From the IMG/VR virus record IMGVR_UViG_3300039360_000021: a DNA stretch of 11,896 bases; one strand, written 5' to 3'. Made by a program: the position numbers and the translations under genes. The notes under the pieces were generated by a model. The model saw only the letters and a program-made list of their open reading frames with translations, did no database searches and was not told the origin of the DNA. Shown piece after piece: positions 7,982 through 11,896 of the stretch (its first letter is position 1; each line of letters begins with the position of its first letter). The stretch comes from a virus (taxonomy: Duplodnaviria; Heunggongvirae; Uroviricota; Caudoviricetes).

Positions 7982-8440
7982 ATGGGGGACGAAAAGAGCT
8001 TAGCGCACACCCGCTGGAACTGTAAATATCACATAGTTTTTGCGCCGAAATACCGAAGACTGGCGTTTTACGGAGAGAAGCGTAGGGCGATAGGCAGTAT
8101 TTTGAGAAAGCTGTGTGAGTGGAAAAGCGTACGGATTCTGGAAGCAGAGTGCTGCGCAGATCATATCCATATGCTTGTGGAAATCCCACCCAAAATGAGC
8201 GTATCCGGCTTTATGGGATATCTGAAAGGGAAAAGCAGTCTGATGCTTTACGAGCAGTTTGGGGATTTGAAATTCAAATACAGAAACAGGGAGTTCTGGT
8301 GCCGAGGGTACTATGTCGATACGGTGGGTAAGAACACGGCGAAGATACAGGACTACATAAAGCACCAGCTTGAAGAGGATAAAATGGGGGAGCAGTTATC
8401 GATTCCATATCCGGGCGGCCCGTTTACGGGCCGTAAGTAA
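7982..8440 (+). CDS. tnpA: IS200 transposase TnpA (Y1/HuH single-strand transposase)
   Basis: ATG at 7982 with AAGGGGG upstream. Translation MGDEKSLAHTRWNCKYHIVFAPKYRR...HIHMLVEIPPK...WCRGYYVDTVGKNT... carries the HuH motif (HIH) and the catalytic Tyr region. Confidence 0.9.
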   Translation: MGDEKSLAHTRWNCKYHIVFAPKYRRLAFYGEKRRAIGSILRKLCEWKSVRILEAECCADHIHMLVEIPPKMSVSGFMGYLKGKSSLMLYEQFGDLKFKYRNREFWCRGYYVDTVGKNTAKIQDYIKHQLEEDKMGEQLSIPYPGGPFTGRK

Positions 8441-8521
8441 CGAAGTTGAATGCAAATGTCAGATCGTATGCGCCTGTTAGGGCGCGGCTGGTAACAGAGC
8501 CTTACAGGCGCATTTGAAAAA

Positions 8522-8556
8522 CCTCCGGCTATGCCGGAGGATATTTATTGTTTTTG
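8522..8556 (+). terminator. strong rho-independent terminator just right of IS200
   Basis: Perfect 8-bp stem CCTCCGGC (8522-8529) / GCCGGAGG (8533-8540) with loop TAT, followed by ATATTTATTGTTTTTG. It could instead be part of the IS200 right end. Confidence 0.5.
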
Positions 8557-8701
8557 TGGTGTGATATAAGAAACGACATTTAATAATTGCCTTCAAAATA
8601 AATTTGTTTATATATTGTCGCGTATATTTTAAATGAAGGTGAAATGTTCACATAAAATAAAAATACATAAATAAATTTACATAATTTGACGCAAAGTGTT
8701 G

Positions 8702-8729
8702 TTGCGATTGGAATATTAAATCGTATTAT
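8702..8729 (+). promoter_or_regulatory. candidate sigma70 promoter for the tRNA pair (possibly the late promoter region)
   Basis: TTGCGA (8702-8707), 16-bp spacer, TATTAT (8724-8729), with a very AT-rich upstream tract (about 8560-8700) resembling an UP element; about 60 bp upstream of the first tRNA. Read by eye only. Confidence 0.3.
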
Positions 8730-8792
8730 CGAAAACGGTTCTGAGGGGGAACTCTTCTTTGATCGGTGATATCGCTCCCCTGAAGAACCAAT

Positions 8793-8867
<75 letters not shown>

Positions 8868-8870
8868 TAT

Positions 8871-8945
<75 letters not shown>

Positions 8946-9308
8946 GCATTTGAAACAAGCCTTATTGTATTGCGGCACTGGCGTATTTTTTATTACGTGG
9001 GAGCAGGTTGTTTTGGAAAAGCATTCTGTTCTCTGGCTATAATTTGAGGCCAGGTGTAGCCTCAGTGCTGATTTTTTTACGACAGCAGAATGGTGCATTA
9101 TCGGTGGAGATTTTGTATTTCCTGGCAGGGTCGGTGATGCATCATTCTGGTGTTGTAAAAGCACCACAGAGGTGTTCCTCAGTGCGAGGGTGGTTTATAT
9201 AGTGGTTTAGCGGGGAATCACAATATTTGTTGTAGGGACAGATATTTCGGGAGGCACCCGACACCTCGATTTTTATTACAATTAAAATGATTTATCTTAT
9301 ACATTGAC

Positions 9309-9336
9309 CAACCGCCATATCTGGCGGTTTTTTTTA
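9309..9336 (+). terminator. rho-independent terminator between the tRNAs and the lysis genes (tR'-like)
   Basis: Stem ACCGCCA (9311-9317) / TGGCGGT (9322-9328), loop TATC, followed by a T-run (about 8 T). Confidence 0.6.
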
Positions 9337-9723
9337 TACCTGCATCAGACAAAAAAAGACACGAGCATCCAGGAATCCTCGTGGGACAACGTCCTTTAGA
9401 TAGCAATTTGCGAGAGGGTGAAAAGTAGCGCGGTCGTCGGATTAAGACCGCGGGACAAAGTCCATGAAGAATAATAAGTATTGGCCCCCTTCTGGGGACA
9501 TGTCCATACTACTAAGCTTCAGAAGTGGTTTAAATCATCAAATTAACCTTAATTTTCGATAAGTCTTATTTCATTTCTTTGCGCCACATCTGGCGCGCAT
9601 CAAATAACGCCACGCAAAGGGCATCTGCGGATGCCGGTGCTTTTGACGGGGTGTTTTTTACGGGCCGCTGGTGGCCATTTTTTGTTTCCGTTACACAGCG
9701 CCCGCATCTGCGAGGTGGGAGTT

Positions 9724-9939
9724 ATGAAATCCATGGATAAGTTAACAACGGGTGTCGCCTATGGCACCTCCGCAGGCAGTGCTGGCTACTGGTTTTTACA
9801 GTTGCTCGATAGAGTAACTCCGTCACAGTGGGCTGCAATCGGTGTGCTGGGTAGTCTGGTATTTGGCCTGCTGACGTACCTGACAAACCTTTATTTCAAG
9901 ATTAAAGAAGATAAGCGCAAGGCTGCACGGGGAGAGTAA
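9724..9939 (+). CDS. S: phage-21-type pinholin with dual-start motif (antiholin from Met1, holin from Met4)
   Basis: ATG at 9724 preceded by GAGGTGGGAG. Translation [71 protein letters not shown] resembles S21 as I recall it, with two TM segments and a basic C-terminus. Second in-frame ATG at 9733. The ORF track extends upstream to 9631 with no support. Confidence 0.85.
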   Translation: MKSMDKLTTGVAYGTSAGSAGYWFLQLLDRVTPSQWAAIGVLGSLVFGLLTYLTNLYFKIKEDKRKAARGE

Positions 9940-9943
9940 TTCA

Positions 9944-10288
9944 ATGACTCAAAACTATGAAGTGATTATGAAAGGGATCCGCAATTTTGAGAATAAAGTT
10001 ACGGTAACTTTAGCGTTACGGGACAAAAAACGCTTTGACGGTGAAATTTTTGACCTGGACATCTCGCTGGACCGTGTTGAAGGTGCCGCGCTGGAGTTTT
10101 ATGAGGCAGCAGCCAGAAGGAGCATCAGACAGGTCTTCCTGGATGTTGCTGCCGGGTTATGTGAAGGGGATGGGCAGTCGCCGGAAAAGCGCCCCGTAAT
10201 TTTAGATGCGCAGAATGTGTGGATAACCTACAAAGGAAAGCTACCAGGAAGAATTACTAATTCTCTGAAGACTCCACCGAAATGGTAA
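9944..10288 (+). CDS. hypothetical protein inserted between holin and endolysin (114 aa)
   Basis: ATG 4 bp after the holin stop, preceded by GGGGAGAG, so probably co-transcribed with the late operon. No family recognised; it may correspond to small proteins found at this position in some E. coli prophages. Confidence 0.55.
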   Translation: MTQNYEVIMKGIRNFENKVTVTLALRDKKRFDGEIFDLDISLDRVEGAALEFYEAAARRSIRQVFLDVAAGLCEGDGQSPEKRPVILDAQNVWITYKGKLPGRITNSLKTPPKW

Positions 10289-10526
10289 TTTTACCAGCAT
10301 ATTTTTCTTCCAGTAATGCCGCCAGCCACTTGAAAGAATTTTGTTGTTCCTGGGACCATTTGGGGTTGCGTGATTCAAGCAAGAGCGATGCATGTGTTGG
10401 TTGCATTTGTTCTCTGGGAATTGATAAGGCCAGATATGAAAATGCAACAGTGAGGGCATTTACATCATCCCGAAGCTTGGAAATGCAGTCGAGCAACTCC
10501 TGTAGAGAAATGGTGTTATTGTCCAT
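10257..10526 (-). CDS. hypothetical protein (89 aa) convergent with, and overlapping by 32 bp, the 114-aa gene
   Basis: Minus-strand ORF with protein-like composition (MDNNTISLQELLDCISKLRDDVNALTVAFSYLALS...) and AGAGGA just upstream of its ATG. The overlapping plus-strand ORF 10282..10566 looks non-protein-like (Ser/Cys-rich). Confidence 0.4.
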   Translation of the reverse strand: MDNNTISLQELLDCISKLRDDVNALTVAFSYLALSIPREQMQPTHASLLLESRNPKWSQEQQNSFKWLAALLEEKYAGKITISVESSEN

Positions 10527-10631
10527 AAATAATCCTCTTGATTGTCTTTACCTTTTCCCCGCCTGATTCAACAGGCCGGGACAGATAAACATATCCAGGG
10601 TTCAGAAACCGATAAATCCTGATAAATATCC

Positions 10632-11165
10632 ATGAACGCAAAAATCAGATACGGCCTGTCGGCTGCCGTTCTGGCACTGATTGCCGTCGGTGCGCCTGCG
10701 CCTGATATTCTCGACCAGTTTCTGGATGAAAAAGAAGGTAACCACACAACGGCATACCGCGATGGTTCCGGCATCTGGACCATCTGTCGGGGTGCCACGG
10801 TGGTGGATGGAAAACCCGTTTTTCCCGGTATGAAACTGTCGAAGGAAAAATGCGACCAGGTTAACGCCATTGAACGGGATAAGGCGCTGGTATGGGTGGA
10901 GCGCAATATTAAAGTGCCACTGACCGAACCACAGAAAGCGGGTATAGCGTCATTTTGTCCCTATAACATTGGCCCCGGTAAGTGTTTCCCGTCGACGTTT
11001 TATAAGCGGATGAATGCTGGTGATCGTAAAGGTGCATGCGAGGCGATTCGCTGGTGGATTAAGGACGGTGGCCGTGATTGCCGCATTCGTTCAAATAACT
11101 GTTACGGTCAGGTTATTCGTCGTGACCAGGAAAGCGCATTAGCCTGTTGGGGAATAGATCAGTGA
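10632..11165 (+). CDS. R: SAR endolysin, T4-lysozyme-like (glycoside hydrolase family 24)
   Basis: N-terminal weakly hydrophobic Ala/Gly-rich segment ([15 protein letters not shown]) typical of a signal-anchor-release domain. Catalytic triad spacing E-x8-D-x5-T is present ([16 protein letters not shown]). Weak SD. Confidence 0.9.
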   Translation: MNAKIRYGLSAAVLALIAVGAPAPDILDQFLDEKEGNHTTAYRDGSGIWTICRGATVVDGKPVFPGMKLSKEKCDQVNAIERDKALVWVERNIKVPLTEPQKAGIASFCPYNIGPGKCFPSTFYKRMNAGDRKGACEAIRWWIKDGGRDCRIRSNNCYGQVIRRDQESALACWGIDQ

Positions 11166-11629
11166 GCAGAGTCGCCGCGATTATTTATGCTCTGGTTATC
11201 TGCACTATCGTCTGCCTGTCGTGGGCGGTCAATCATTACCGTGATAACGCCATCGCCTACAAAGAACAACGTGATAAAAAAGTCAGTGAGCTGAAGCAGG
11301 CGATCGCCACCATCGCTGACATGCAGCAGCGTCAGCGTGATGTTGCTGCGCTCGATGCAAAGTACTCGAGAGAATTAGCCAATGCGAAAGCTGAAAATGA
11401 AACTCTGCGCGCTGATGTTGCCGCTGGTCGTAAGCGCCTGCGGGTCAATGCCAGTTGCTCCGCAGCCGTGCGTGAAGCCACCGGCCCCACCAGCGTGGAT
11501 AATGCAACCATCCCCCGACTGGCAGACACCGCTGAACGGGATTATTTCACCCTCAGAGACCGATTGATGACGATGCAGAAGCAACTGGAAGGGGCACAGC
11601 TATACATTCGTGAGCAATGCCTCAGATAA
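11162..11629 (+). CDS. Rz-like i-spanin (inner-membrane spanin subunit)
   Basis: GTG at 11162 overlapping the endolysin stop (GTGA); the ORF track frame begins at a TTG at 11147. N-terminal TM segment ([19 protein letters not shown]) then a coiled-coil-like region; resembles lambda Rz as I recall it. Corresponds by position to the rzpR remnant of K-12 Rac. Confidence 0.85.
   Translation: MSRVAAIIYALVICTIVCLSWAVNHYRDNAIAYKEQRDKKVSELKQAIATIADMQQRQRDVAALDAKYSRELANAKAENETLRADVAAGRKRLRVNASCSAAVREATGPTSVDNATIPRLADTAERDYFTLRDRLMTMQKQLEGAQLYIREQCLR
11382..11567 (+). CDS. Rz1-like o-spanin lipoprotein, embedded in the +1 frame of Rz
   Basis: Translation [27 protein letters not shown]...[24 protein letters not shown] has a lipobox (LVVSAC) and a proline-rich mature region, and lies entirely inside the Rz gene in another frame. 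Confidence 0.8.
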   Translation: MRKLKMKLCALMLPLVVSACGSMPVAPQPCVKPPAPPAWIMQPSPDWQTPLNGIISPSETD

Positions 11630-11896
11630 AAACCGGCCAAGGATAATCCGCTGAAGATTTGCCGGCGGCGAAAGAGAGCCAAGGGTTCAGCCTACGCCAT
11701 TACTCCTGTCGATGCAATGCATTCAATGGATGCTTGATTTATTTCTGTGCGCTATATCGTCGCTGTCTCCTGCATTAACTATGACCGTAACTTGACGGGG
11801 AACCCCTTCTGCGTGAGTTTGCGGGAATAATCAAAAACGATGCACACCGGGTTTTACTGTGCTGACAGACGCAGGGTTACCCTCATAGTCGCTTTT

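Larger units (their letters stand above)
7811..8520 (+). mobile_element. IS200 (IS200/IS605 family) insertion; boundaries approximate (about +/-30 bp)
   Basis: Contains a 152-aa Y1 (HuH) transposase that matches IS200 TnpA as I recall it. Two GC-rich hairpins lie upstream of tnpA (7817-7836 and 7851-7869) and a 10-bp inverted repeat ATGCGCCTGT/ACAGGCGCAT (8468-8513) downstream, as expected for IS200 subterminal structures. The inferred length of about 710 bp fits the element size I recall. The left-end region contains a 22-nt N-run. Confidence 0.8.

Noticed and set aside
7791-8365. Minus-strand ORFs 7791..8189 and 8000..8365 and plus-strand ORFs 7756..8025 and 8119..8331
   Set aside because: All overlap the IS200 left end or are antisense to, or out of frame within, the transposase gene; some read through the N-run.
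9218-9406. 62-aa minus-strand ORF spanning the 9311 terminator
   Set aside because: Contains the terminator palindrome and a poly-T/poly-A tract, with Cys/Gly-rich implausible translation.
10568-10906. 112-aa minus-strand ORF antisense to the endolysin gene
   Set aside because: Entirely within the confident endolysin coding region; shadow ORF.
11332-11584. Minus-strand ORFs 11332..11529 and 11375..11584 inside Rz
   Set aside because: Antisense to the Rz/Rz1 region, with Ala/Arg-rich translation typical of GC-rich antisense frames.
11640-11665. GC-rich motif GCCGGCGGCGA downstream of Rz, loosely resembling the lambda cos overhang (GGGCGGCGACCT)
   Set aside because: Only about 8 nt of similarity, and the expected position of cos relative to Rz is unknown for this phage; insufficient evidence.

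Overview
This window reads as an intact Rac-type lambdoid prophage segment from an Escherichia/Enterobacteriaceae genome, running from the replication module to the lysis cassette, all on the + strand. In order: the 3' end of a ydaT-like gene, ydaU-like and ydaV-like (DnaC-type loader) replication genes, a full-length ydaW-like gene and a 145-aa unknown; then a visibly AT-rich cargo island (about 3140-6300) carrying a QueH-like (DUF208) gene, a 29-aa hydrophobic peptide ORF and a minus-strand YeaR-like (DUF1971) gene; then nin-region genes (199-aa protein, YbcO-like), a Q-like antiterminator candidate interrupted by an N-run, an IS200 copy with its Y1 transposase, a tRNA-Thr(UGU)/tRNA-Gly(UCC) pair, and a phage-21-type lysis cassette (dual-start pinholin, SAR endolysin, Rz with embedded Rz1) that has two uncharacterised, convergently overlapping genes inserted between holin and endolysin. 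The most interesting parts are the cargo island and that two-gene insertion. No CRISPR array was seen. All calls rest on reading the sequence and recalled family features; no searches were run. The two N-runs (7577-7618, 7914-7935) limit what can be said about the Q/IS200 junction.
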